From an archaeon (GTDB lineage Archaea; Iainarchaeota; Iainarchaeia; Iainarchaeales; JANQMZ01), in NCBI GenBank assembly GCA_028279805.1, contig JANQMZ010000007.1, forward strand, positions 300,001 through 332,000: DNA of 32,000 nucleotides. The letters are read 5' to 3'. The notes under the pieces were generated by a model that did no database searches, was not told the DNA's origin, and saw only the letters and a program-made list of their open reading frames with translations. The translations under genes were made by a program, and so were the position numbers. Every line of letters begins with the position of its first letter. Position 1 is the first letter of the stretch. This document shows, piece by piece, positions 17,745 to 27,232 of the stretch.

Positions 17745-20302
17745 ATTTTAGATTTTTAACAGTTTTATTTGTATTATTTTTATCAACAATGGTTTTGGCA
17801 CAGCCAAATGTTTCACTGAATGCAAGTCCTCTGGAAACAAATGTTAATCTGGACGGGCAGTTTGAGATAACATTTGATGCTGAATGTTCTGATGATAACG
17901 GATTAGAGTTTTGTTTTCTGGATTTTGGAGATTTTTCAAGCTACGAATTTGTGGGAGATGAATGTAGTACGGGTGACACACTGTGCAGCGAAACAATTGA
18001 ACACACGTATGAACCGGATGGAACTTATACGGCAACACTTGTTGCAGGAAATGTTAATTCAGATGAAAATGAAGCATCTGTAAATTTAACATTGTTACCT
18101 CCTTTAGATTATCAAATAAACACGGAAATTCTTGCAAACGGAGAAGAAGATGAATTAGAAATTGAACTTGGAGAAACCGTAACATTTGACATTTTATGTG
18201 AAGAATTATCCCATAATGATATTGATTCATGTTTGGTTGACTTTGGTGATGGAGGTTCGCATGAGTTTATCGGATTTGAATGTGATGAAGGGGAAACATG
18301 CGAACTTGAATATGATTATACTTACACTGAACTGGGAGAATACAGTGCAAGCCTTACACAGGTAAGTTCAACATCAAATGCTTATTATTTAAAGTTTTCA
18401 TTGGTCACGGAAAGCGTTACAATCAATGTTGTTGAACCGGCTCCGGAAGAACCGGAGGAAAGCACTGACATTGTTTTAACACTTGAAACACAGACAATTA
18501 TAATGAAAAGCAATGACTCTGAAGGAGTAAGCTTAAAGGTTGAAAATACATCAAACCATCAAATCAGCATGGATTTGAGTGCGAAAGGTTCGTCTGTTTA
18601 TGTTGACGGAGAGCCAAGCGTTACCGATTTAACATTAAATGGAGGAGAAAGAACAACAATAAGCTTAAACGTTGAAACAACTGATGCGCCTTTGTCAACC
18701 TATAATGTTGAAGTAAAGGCAGAATTTGATAACACTGAAACAACAGCTGATCTGACTGTACAGGTTGCGGATGAAGGAACATTACTTGTTAATGCTGTTC
18801 AGGGAACAGATGTTTGCAGAACAAGCAATGATTCAATCAGTGTTGAAGTTAAAAACAATTCAAACAAGCAAAAATTTGTAGAATTATCAGGATTAAATGA
18901 GGCATTTTTGCCTACATTCAGCGAAAAAGAATTTTGGTTGGATCCAAATGAAACAAGAACAATTGAAATGTTTGTTCATACAAATTCAACAACAGATTTG
19001 GATGATTATACTGTTACAATCAGGGCTGAAACAGAAAATGAAATTGTATTTGAAAATGTTTCATTTGAAGTTGTACAATGTGCCGGGTTTGGCGGCGAAA
19101 ACTTTAAAGTAACACTTGATTCAAGCTGCACTGCAACAGGAGACAATGATGAATTAACACTTGATTTTAAAGTTGAAAACTTGACAGATGAAGAAATTGA
19201 ATTAAATGTTAACACAATTTCAGATTTGATTACAAGCGTTCCTTTAACAATCACTGTTCCTGCAGACGAGGAAGAAATTTTTGAAATTGATGTTGAAATA
19301 AGAACAAGTGACGATAAAGGAAAACATGACATTGATTTGTATGTCTGGGATTCACAGGACACAATAACAAAAACAACTTGTGTAAATGTCGGTTCTTTTA
19401 CGGATATCTCTTTTGACCTGCTTGAAAACAATTTAATAATTGAACAGGGAAAAAATGAAGTGTATACACTGCATTTTGAAAACACCGGCAATTCAAACGG
19501 AAACGTAAAAGTAACAATTGACAATGATACTGATGCTGACACCAGATTGTCAAGCGAAAACACAAGTTCAACATCTTCAAAAGTTAAAACTTATACTGTC
19601 GACGACGATGACGAGTTAGATGTTTTTGTAAGTGTTTCAGTTCCGCTGGACATGGATACAGGAACATATTCAATTGAAGTTGAACTGACAAATACGGATA
19701 TTGAAAGAACATTTTTAAGATTTTCAGTTGTTGAACCGGGAACACTTGCACTGGAAAAAATTGACATAACTTTGTTGCCTATTACTGCAACATTAAACCA
19801 GGGCGAACAGGGAGAATTTGAATTTGTTCTGGCAAACTTTTCAACAGAGGATTTGTTTGATGCTGAGTTAAGCTTTGAAGGGCTTCCTCAGGGAGTTGAG
19901 ACAACCACAAGAACTGTTGATTTAAGAGGCAAAAGAACGGTTTCGTTAATGCAGAGTTTTTCAGTTTCAGAAGATGCAGAGCCGGGATTGCATACTGTTA
20001 AAGCAAAACTTTCAGCCGGAGACAAAGAGGTTGAAAAAAGCTTTGTTTTGGAAATAAAAGAAAAAGCAGGTTTTGCTCCGATAACAGGATTGTTTTCTGT
20101 AGTTGGTGAATTAGGACCAGCTTTAATTATTTTTCTGTTAGCAATTATATTGATTGCGCTCTTTTTAAGAGGCAGGGGAATGGACGGCCCGAGTTATCGT
20201 GCTCAAAGAGAAGAAAGAAATGAAAACAAAACAGAATCCAATTATTTGGAAGAAAGATTAATGGAAATAAAGCCTGAAACTTCAGATGAACAGACAGAAT
20301 AA
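17741..20302 (+). CDS. Large type-I membrane protein with tandem PKD-like domains and multiple COG1470/NEW3-like Ig repeats
   Basis: Signal peptide; LDFGD.../VDFGDGG... PKD-like repeats; repeated Ig-like segments; C-terminal TM. ATGA overlap with previous gene. Confidence 0.85.
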   Translation: MNFRFLTVLFVLFLSTMVLAQPNVSLNASPLETNVNLDGQFEITFDAECSDDNGLEFCFLDFGDFSSYEFVGDECSTGDTLCSETIEHTYEPDGTYTATLVAGNVNSDENEASVNLTLLPPLDYQINTEILANGEEDELEIELGETVTFDILCEELSHNDIDSCLVDFGDGGSHEFIGFECDEGETCELEYDYTYTELGEYSASLTQVSSTSNAYYLKFSLVTESVTINVVEPAPEEPEESTDIVLTLETQTIIMKSNDSEGVSLKVENTSNHQISMDLSAKGSSVYVDGEPSVTDLTLNGGERTTISLNVETTDAPLSTYNVEVKAEFDNTETTADLTVQVADEGTLLVNAVQGTDVCRTSNDSISVEVKNNSNKQKFVELSGLNEAFLPTFSEKEFWLDPNETRTIEMFVHTNSTTDLDDYTVTIRAETENEIVFENVSFEVVQCAGFGGENFKVTLDSSCTATGDNDELTLDFKVENLTDEEIELNVNTISDLITSVPLTITVPADEEEIFEIDVEIRTSDDKGKHDIDLYVWDSQDTITKTTCVNVGSFTDISFDLLENNLIIEQGKNEVYTLHFENTGNSNGNVKVTIDNDTDADTRLSSENTSSTSSKVKTYTVDDDDELDVFVSVSVPLDMDTGTYSIEVELTNTDIERTFLRFSVVEPGTLALEKIDITLLPITATLNQGEQGEFEFVLANFSTEDLFDAELSFEGLPQGVETTTRTVDLRGKRTVSLMQSFSVSEDAEPGLHTVKAKLSAGDKEVEKSFVLEIKEKAGFAPITGLFSVVGELGPALIIFLLAIILIALFLRGRGMDGPSYRAQREERNENKTESNYLEERLMEIKPETSDEQTE

Positions 20303-20319
20303 AAAAAAGGGGAAAAAAG

Positions 20320-22272
20320 ATGCTGAAAAATTTTTTAATTTTTACATTTTTAGTTTTAATTCTTGGAAGTGTTAATGCAACATTTGTTGATTCACTTGAA
20401 ACAGAATCAGATTGTTTTATTCCCGCAGAAGAGCTTTTTGATTTTACTAATACTTCAAGTCAAACACAAACATATGTAATTGAAGCGGAAGGAAAAGAAG
20501 GGGAATGGATTAACCTTGAAGGGCACTGGATTGGACGCGGTGAACCTCTAAAATTTTCACTTGCCTCAGGAAAAACAGAGGGCTTATGGGCATTCATTAA
20601 ACCGGATTGCAGAACATTACCGGGAAATTATGAGATTAATTTAATTATTCATGAGGGAAGCAAAAAAATTTCACAAAAAATAGATTTTGAAGTTTTAGAA
20701 AGCAGGGTTTTAAAAATAACGCCGGTTAAAGACGAATTAAATACGGGACAATGTTCCGAAGCACAGTTTTCATTCAATGTAAGGAATATCAGCAAAGCGG
20801 ATGAATTAATTTCAATAGAAATAGAAAATTTGCCGGGAGAATGGTATAATCTGAATTCAAAAGAATTTTTTCTGAAAAAAGGCGGATTAAAAAAAATTGA
20901 ACTGGATGTTGCAGTTCCGTGCGGAAGAAGCGCGGGAGAATATGAGTTTGATGTTCTGGCAAGAATCAAGGGAACAGAATTTTTTGTCATAAAACCTTTC
21001 ACTCTTAACCTGCTTGACAATCAAAAAATTTCAATAAGCTCAGTTTCACAGCAGGAAATGTGTTCGGAAAAAAAACATGAACAAATTTTTACAGTTAAGA
21101 ATTTGGGAGAAGAAACGGATGAACTTGAATTATCTTTAACAGGCCCAGACTGGCTTTCTTTAAAAGAAACAAGTTTTTCGCTTGAAAGGGGAGAAAGCAA
21201 AGAAATAACCCTTTTTGTTGATGACAGCAGAAAAACAGGCAATTACGATTTTAGTGTGAGGGCATATTCAACCAAGTTTAACAAAACAACAACAAAGCAA
21301 ATGAAAATAAACACAGCATTATGTAATGCTTTAAGGCTTGATTCAAGTGACTTGGACAGGCAAATAGAAGTTGAAGCGGGAAAAGAAAAAGTTTACACTT
21401 TAAAAATTTCAAATCTTGGAACAAAAGAAAACAATGTAAAAGTAAGCGTTTCAGGACTGGACTGGGTTTATTTTAACCCGAAAGAATTTACAGTTCAGCC
21501 AAACACAACTGAAGAATTTTTCTTATATTTTGCACCGGTCATCGACCAGGAAGAAGGAACATATGAGGCAACATTAAATGCAAGCGGAACAAATTTTTCA
21601 CAAAACATTCCGATACAGGTTACAAGTTTTGGCGGAACAAATGCTTTAACCAAAGGAACAAGTTTGGATGCCGAATCAAAAGTTAATGAAGTGAAAACAG
21701 TTGGGGACAGGATTGTTTTGGCAGATGTTTCATTTGTAAACAACGGAGAAACAATACTTGAAATGCAAAACATTACAGCTGAAAATTTTGACACAGAATT
21801 TGAATTTACAGAACAAACATTAAAGCCGGGGGAAAGCACAACAATTCCGACAACTATTTATTTGAAAGAAGAATTTGAAGAAACCCTTTTTAGAATTCCT
21901 TTAAAAATTGAAACACAAATAGGCATGCTTGAAAAAGAATTGGAAATAAATCTTGAAGAAAAAACTGTAACTCCGGTCGGATTGTTTTCATTCGGGGAAA
22001 TAAGCAAAGACTTTATAATCGGGGCATTGGTTTTGATAATTATAGCATTAATTTTTTACACTCAGACAATCGGAAAAAAAACGCCAATACTTGATATTCG
22101 TTCAGCACAGGAAAAAAACATGGGAAATGAAAAAAATTCTGAAACAAATGAAAGCTTTGAAAATAATGATGAAATAATTGACATCAGGTCAAAAGATGAA
22201 AAAGATTCCAATCCTTTAAACCTGGGAAAAAATGTTAATATAAAAAATTCAGAGGATGAATCCCGGAAATAA
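20320..22272 (+). CDS. Large type-I membrane protein with repeated Ig-like (COG1470-like) domains
   Basis: Signal peptide MLKNFLIFTFLVLILGSVNATF; repeated LPGEWYNLNSKEFFLKKGGLKK / GPDWLSLKETSFSLERGESKE / GLDWVYFNPKEFTVQPNTTEE units; C-terminal TM. Confidence 0.85.
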   Translation: MLKNFLIFTFLVLILGSVNATFVDSLETESDCFIPAEELFDFTNTSSQTQTYVIEAEGKEGEWINLEGHWIGRGEPLKFSLASGKTEGLWAFIKPDCRTLPGNYEINLIIHEGSKKISQKIDFEVLESRVLKITPVKDELNTGQCSEAQFSFNVRNISKADELISIEIENLPGEWYNLNSKEFFLKKGGLKKIELDVAVPCGRSAGEYEFDVLARIKGTEFFVIKPFTLNLLDNQKISISSVSQQEMCSEKKHEQIFTVKNLGEETDELELSLTGPDWLSLKETSFSLERGESKEITLFVDDSRKTGNYDFSVRAYSTKFNKTTTKQMKINTALCNALRLDSSDLDRQIEVEAGKEKVYTLKISNLGTKENNVKVSVSGLDWVYFNPKEFTVQPNTTEEFFLYFAPVIDQEEGTYEATLNASGTNFSQNIPIQVTSFGGTNALTKGTSLDAESKVNEVKTVGDRIVLADVSFVNNGETILEMQNITAENFDTEFEFTEQTLKPGESTTIPTTIYLKEEFEETLFRIPLKIETQIGMLEKELEINLEEKTVTPVGLFSFGEISKDFIIGALVLIIIALIFYTQTIGKKTPILDIRSAQEKNMGNEKNSETNESFENNDEIIDIRSKDEKDSNPLNLGKNVNIKNSEDESRK

Positions 22273-22280
22273 ATTACGCT

Positions 22281-22361
22281 AAAAAGAGGGTTTGAAGAAA
22301 AAAAGAATTAAAGGCTCTCCCTCCAGAGTTGCTTTTTTTAAATTCTTTAAACTCTCTTTTT
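22281..22361. terminator. 19-bp inverted repeat between convergent genes, candidate bidirectional terminator
   Basis: AAAAAGAGGGTTTGAAGAA (22281-22299) pairs with TTCTTTAAACTCTCTTTTT (22343-22361), with two G-U wobbles. Confidence 0.6.
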
Positions 22362-22366
22362 ATACC

Positions 22367-23521
22367 TTAATTGTTTATAAAAAAACCGTTAAACAGTTTT
22401 TCATCAATGCATGCCAGGCACTGCAAAATGCTTGAACAAGCTATTTCACCCTCAGAATCAACGCATTGCTCTGATGCTTTTGGTTTAACTGTTTCAGGCT
22501 GAGTTTCTTCCGGTTGAGGCTGTTCCGGCACAGGCACAAAAACCGTTTTAATGCAAAAACTGTTATCAGAATCCTGTGAACAGTTTACAGATTTAATCCA
22601 GATTTTGGTGTCAATATCATCAGCACCTGTTTTGTCCACACGGTCAGCTTCAATGAAAATTTTTGTTTTATGAATATCTCCAAGAATATCGTGATTAAAT
22701 TCTTTTGAAGCTCTTCCGAAATCCAGGGTTGCAACAGGAACCCTTAATTCAGTGTCCAGCAAATCATTATTCAAAATAGAGTAAGCAAATAATTTGTAAA
22801 CAATTTTATTTTCAGTAATCTCACTAACCTTAAAATCAAATTTTAATTTTAAATTCTGGGATGAATTATCTTCAGCGTCAATATCAATCACACTCCCAAA
22901 AGCCTGCGGCAAAGATTCATTAAAAGTGGCTAAAGAAAGTTTTTGGCCTGCAGGATTTTGCCTCTGAATTGATGCCTGAGTGGGAACATCCGAATGAACC
23001 CATGGAAGCCATAAAAGCAAGGGACTGGCAAGGTTTGGTTTTGCTGCTTCTATTTGAACCAAATAATTTTTTCCCATAATCTGAATTGTTTCAGAATATG
23101 TTGAAGTTTCACCAAGCTGTTTCGGGCTTGAAAGTTCAAATTCTTTTTCAATCAAATCAAAATAATAAACCTTGGTTCCTGAATCAAAAAAAGTTCCTTT
23201 GTTTCCTTCATAAGAAAGCCCAGTCTCATCCCTAAGAGTTTTGTTAACCGATTCAAAAAGGTAAAAAATTTCATTATTCCTGATTTTATTAAATTCTACT
23301 CCGTAAAAAACCAGTGCAATGTCTCCATCAGCGTTTCTTGTTAAAAATTTTTCAGAATCCAAAACAAACAATCTGTCATGAAAGCTTGGATTATTATAAT
23401 TTAATTCGTCAAAATCCAGAGCCTGTTCAAAATCTTGTTTTGAATCATAAACTGTTTCTCCGACAGCAAAGGCATTGGATAAAATAAAAAGAATTGCTAC
23501 AAAAATTAAAAATTTTTTCAT
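22367..23521 (-). CDS. Secreted protein of unknown function with Cys-rich C-terminus
   Basis: Signal peptide MKKFLIFVAILFILSNAFA; C-terminal CVDSEGEIACSSILQCLACIDEKLF. Confidence 0.75.
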   Translation of the reverse strand: MKKFLIFVAILFILSNAFAVGETVYDSKQDFEQALDFDELNYNNPSFHDRLFVLDSEKFLTRNADGDIALVFYGVEFNKIRNNEIFYLFESVNKTLRDETGLSYEGNKGTFFDSGTKVYYFDLIEKEFELSSPKQLGETSTYSETIQIMGKNYLVQIEAAKPNLASPLLLWLPWVHSDVPTQASIQRQNPAGQKLSLATFNESLPQAFGSVIDIDAEDNSSQNLKLKFDFKVSEITENKIVYKLFAYSILNNDLLDTELRVPVATLDFGRASKEFNHDILGDIHKTKIFIEADRVDKTGADDIDTKIWIKSVNCSQDSDNSFCIKTVFVPVPEQPQPEETQPETVKPKASEQCVDSEGEIACSSILQCLACIDEKLFNGFFINN

Positions 23522-23580
23522 TCAAAAAACCCTTTCACCGCTTTCAATTGTTATGATAATGGAATTAATGCTATTTAAAT

Positions 23581-24888
23581 TTAGCTAAAATTGGTGCAGT
23601 CAGCTGTGGAATATTGCTGCATTTTGTTAACAATTACAGGAGTGTTTGGAAATTCAGCCCATTTTTCCCTAATAGCTTTAATTGTGGTTTTAGGCGGAGA
23701 ATCATTAATGTAAAACGCTTCAAGCACGTTATAAGTGTGACTTATAGAGTCTTCAAATGATTTGAAAGAACAATGCCTTTCATCTGAATGCAAAGTTCCA
23801 GGGCAGGGCAGTGTTGCGTCTGAGTTTCGATATTCTTCATTGCCGATTGATTTTGTTTCTTTGGCTACGCCGTTCCTGCCAAAATTTGATTCAGCATGAT
23901 ATGTTGCCAAAACAAAAGCAGGGTCAATTTGTTTTTCCAAACCTTTTTCCCAAAATAATTCGCAGAATTGTGCTGCAGGAGAAGGAATTGGTGGCATGTC
24001 AAACTTGAATGCAGCTTTTTTTTGCAATTCATTGCAGATTATTTGTTTTGAAGTGCATGTTCCAAGAGTTATGTCATAATCTTCATTGATTTTTTGGGTT
24101 TCAACAACATCATTTAACGCAAACTGAACTCTGACTGTTTTTGGTTCATCATAATTAAAAACAATTTCATAAGTTTGGTTTAAAATAATGTTTTGAAAAA
24201 TGTTAAAAGCTTCTCCGTTAATTAATTTAATTTCAACATTGTCTTTTGAAAATTCCTTTCCGTGGGAATCAAAAATTCTAATTGAATTTAACAATTCCTG
24301 ATAATTTTCAACTGAATGAATTTCATCTTTTGGGTTTGACCATTGAAATTTAACTGTTCTTGTTAAAGGTTTTTCCAATAATTCAGGTTCAAGCGGAATT
24401 GTTTCAAACGGCTGTGGTTCCTCTTGTTGTTTTTCTATTTCTCTTTGACCTGGATTTATTTCAAACCATTCAACTGAAACTTTAACAGAATGATACGGAA
24501 ACAAAAACAAAAATCTTTCCTCTGAAATGCTTTCAACTTTAATTGTCGCTTCATAACTTTCCCCTTCACCCATCGGAGGAATTTTAAATTCGCATAACGA
24601 AGAGTCGCCCGAATTGATTATGATTTCTTTTGAATCAAAATTAATGCATTTTTCTTTTCCATTGTCATTTACAATATTAAAAACCGCGGAATTATCGGAA
24701 GCTGAGTCTAACACAATTCTGTATTTTCCTATTGGTTCTATTGCCTTTAATCCTAAATCAATTTCTTTTGGTGAAAAAATTAATGTGCTTAAAGTGGTTT
24801 CAGTTGAACGGATAAATGTTTTTGTTTCATCTGCAAAAACAGGCATTGTCAATAAAATCAGGCATAATATGAAAATGGCTTTTTTCAT
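23581..24888 (-). CDS. Secreted protein with C-terminal lysozyme/glucosaminidase-like domain
   Basis: Signal peptide MKKAIFILCLILLTMPVFA; IDPAFVLATYHAESNFGRNGVAKETKSIGN...CSFKSFEDSISHTYNVLEAFY. Confidence 0.72.
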   Translation of the reverse strand: MKKAIFILCLILLTMPVFADETKTFIRSTETTLSTLIFSPKEIDLGLKAIEPIGKYRIVLDSASDNSAVFNIVNDNGKEKCINFDSKEIIINSGDSSLCEFKIPPMGEGESYEATIKVESISEERFLFLFPYHSVKVSVEWFEINPGQREIEKQQEEPQPFETIPLEPELLEKPLTRTVKFQWSNPKDEIHSVENYQELLNSIRIFDSHGKEFSKDNVEIKLINGEAFNIFQNIILNQTYEIVFNYDEPKTVRVQFALNDVVETQKINEDYDITLGTCTSKQIICNELQKKAAFKFDMPPIPSPAAQFCELFWEKGLEKQIDPAFVLATYHAESNFGRNGVAKETKSIGNEEYRNSDATLPCPGTLHSDERHCSFKSFEDSISHTYNVLEAFYINDSPPKTTIKAIREKWAEFPNTPVIVNKMQQYSTADCTNFS

Positions 24889-24991
24889 AAAATAATAATT
24901 GTTTTGATGTTATTTAAAATTAGGCTTAAAATGGGCACAAATTAGGAAAAAGGTTTAATATTGGTTTTTTCTTTAAAGAATAAGTGGTAAA

Positions 24992-25906
24992 ATGAAAGAT
25001 GTTATTATTGTAGGGGGGTCAGGCGCAGGAGTTACTGCAGGAATTTATGCAGCACGTTCCGGCTTGGAAGTTTTAGTTATTACTGAAGATTTTGGCGGGC
25101 AATTACTGGAAACAGAGTTTGTTGAAAATTACCCAGGATTTAAGCATATCAGCGGCGTGGACCTGGCTAAAGCATTGGAAGAACATTTGCGGGAATATGA
25201 AAATAAAGGTGTTGAAATTTTGATGCCTGATAAAGTGAAAAAAATTGAAAAGCTCGGAGAAAAACATTTCAAGGTTTTAACAGAACAGGGAAAAGAATTT
25301 GAAAGCAAAACAGTTATTGTTGCAAGCGGAATGAAAAGAAAAAAATTAAACGTGCCGGGAGAAGAAGAATACAAAAATAAAGGCGTGTTTTACTGCGGAG
25401 TTTGTGACGGGCCGTTGTATAAAGGAAAAGTTGTGGCTGTAATCGGTGCGGGATATGCAGGCGTGGAGGATGCCTTGTTTTTAAGCAACATTTGCGAAAA
25501 AGTTTTCTTGGTTAACTGGGGAGAAGAATTAGGCGGAGAAGAAATAACCAAGAAAAAATTATTGCAGGTTAAAAATGTTGAATATGTTAACAATGCTCAG
25601 ACAACTCAAATTTTAGGGGACAAATTTGTAACAGGATTTAAATATAAGGATAGAAAATCCGGAGAAGAAAAAGAAATAAAAGTTGACGCGGTTTTTGTTG
25701 ACATTGGACAACTCCCAAACACTGAATTTATTGAATGTAAAAAAACTGAAAACGGTGCAATAATTGTTGATAAAAACAATATGACTTCAGTTGAAGGATT
25801 GTTTGCTGCGGGAGATTCAACTGATGCTGCAAAAGCTCAGCTTGTTATATCTTCAGCTGAAGGAAGCAAGGCAGGACTGGCTGTTGCAGAATATTTAAAA
25901 GAATGA
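24992..25906 (+). CDS. Thioredoxin reductase-like FAD protein
   Basis: VIIVGGSGAGVTAGIYAARSG, YCGVCDG redox site, AVIGAGYAGVEDA, GLFAAGDSTD. Canonical NADPH motif absent. Confidence 0.92.
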   Translation: MKDVIIVGGSGAGVTAGIYAARSGLEVLVITEDFGGQLLETEFVENYPGFKHISGVDLAKALEEHLREYENKGVEILMPDKVKKIEKLGEKHFKVLTEQGKEFESKTVIVASGMKRKKLNVPGEEEYKNKGVFYCGVCDGPLYKGKVVAVIGAGYAGVEDALFLSNICEKVFLVNWGEELGGEEITKKKLLQVKNVEYVNNAQTTQILGDKFVTGFKYKDRKSGEEKEIKVDAVFVDIGQLPNTEFIECKKTENGAIIVDKNNMTSVEGLFAAGDSTDAAKAQLVISSAEGSKAGLAVAEYLKE

Positions 25907-27148
25907 TTATTTGCCTCTTCGCCTGAAAAAACCTCTTCCTTTTTTTTGCGCTCTTCCCGGATCTCGTGGAGTTCTATTTCCAGATGCCCGAAGTCTGCGT
26001 GGAGAATAATGATATTTGTGAAACCGGGTTAAATCAGCTCTAAGATCGTTTACTATCCTGTTATAAGTCCAGCCGGGATAAGCTGCGCTAAGCCCTGAAA
26101 TGCTGAAAGCATGATCCCTCACAAAACCCAAAGGCAGAGGAGAACGGGCTGTTCTGATACGGCCTCTTATACCAAGTGTTATCAATTGTTCAATAATACT
26201 TTGTTCTCTTTTACTTTGAGTCATTTCCTGCAAAAAACCTACCGGATTACCTTCAGGAGAATTTTCAGGGCGTTCTCTTAAATCAAACGGAATGTGAACC
26301 CAAATCCTTTCCTCTTTTGGATCCCTGTAAATTTTAATAACATTTCCTGAAAAAAGTTCGCCAAAATTTTGAGGTTTTGAATCTGCACCTAACACAACAG
26401 TTCTTGCTTTGACTTTTTTTCCTCTTTTCACTCTCAAAAAACGTTTTTCTGCAACCCTTGACAACGTTTCAATAGTTGTAAAAAATCTCATAGCGGCTTC
26501 GGGAGGAAGAATTGGTCTTACATCGCCCCATAATCTTAAAACAGGTTCAATCTGTCTTTTAATTTCCTCAGCAGTCAGCCCCTGAACATCTGTAAGGTTT
26601 TCCATTTTATCATAATATTTTATTAACAACGCGTCAACATGCAGGCCTGAACCCAATCCTTTAGGCCCATAATATAAGTCGTCTTTTCTTTTGTTCACAG
26701 CAAGCTTGATTCCTTCAGGAATATCTTCAGGCTGACTGTATTCATAACTTTTTGGGTCAACCCATCGCCTGTTAATATATTTTGGCTTGCTTAACAATGC
26801 AACAATATCCGCAACTTTTTTTCCGAATTCTTTTTCAAGCTGTGAATAAGAAACAGGTGTGTCCTCTAAAACATCATGCAATACAGCCGCAGAAACCATG
26901 TCTGCATCCCCACCGTCATAAGCAACTGCAAGAGCAACATTTATAGGATGCAAAACATATGGATCGCCACTACTTCTTCTTTGCCCTTCATGAGCTTCAG
27001 CTGCAAATTCAAGTGCATGCATTATTCTTCCAATATTTTCAACTTCTTCAACAGAACTTATTCTTCTTAGCTCTCGGGGCCAGTCTGTGTAAAGAGCTAT
27101 AAGCCGGTCCTCCGCTTTTCTTATCCGGATTCTGTCACTTTCAATCAT
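25907..27148 (-). CDS. HD-domain protein of the RelA/SpoT hydrolase type with uncharacterised C-terminal region
   Basis: AAEAHEGQRRSSGDPYVLHPINVAL...VSAAVLHDVLEDTPVSYSQLEKEFGKKVADIVALLSK; ALLIKYYDKMENLTDVQ. Confidence 0.85.
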   Translation of the reverse strand: MIESDRIRIRKAEDRLIALYTDWPRELRRISSVEEVENIGRIMHALEFAAEAHEGQRRSSGDPYVLHPINVALAVAYDGGDADMVSAAVLHDVLEDTPVSYSQLEKEFGKKVADIVALLSKPKYINRRWVDPKSYEYSQPEDIPEGIKLAVNKRKDDLYYGPKGLGSGLHVDALLIKYYDKMENLTDVQGLTAEEIKRQIEPVLRLWGDVRPILPPEAAMRFFTTIETLSRVAEKRFLRVKRGKKVKARTVVLGADSKPQNFGELFSGNVIKIYRDPKEERIWVHIPFDLRERPENSPEGNPVGFLQEMTQSKREQSIIEQLITLGIRGRIRTARSPLPLGFVRDHAFSISGLSAAYPGWTYNRIVNDLRADLTRFHKYHYSPRRLRASGNRTPRDPGRAQKKGRGFFRRRGK

Positions 27149-27232
27149 TTAAAAAAAACCGCCTTAAAAGAAGTGTTAAGTCATAATATTTAAGGATTTG
27201 GTGAGTTTAAAGGGGCTTTTAAAAGCATTTTC

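Noticed and set aside
18897-19580. 185-aa and smaller ORFs inside the 853-aa gene
   Set aside because: Shadow ORFs within a strong coding frame; Ser/Val-rich composition is a mirror of the sense codons.
17741-22272. CRISPR array or phase-variation repeats in the repetitive surface genes
   Set aside because: Repeats are degenerate protein-level Ig units, not identical DNA repeats with spacers or simple tracts.
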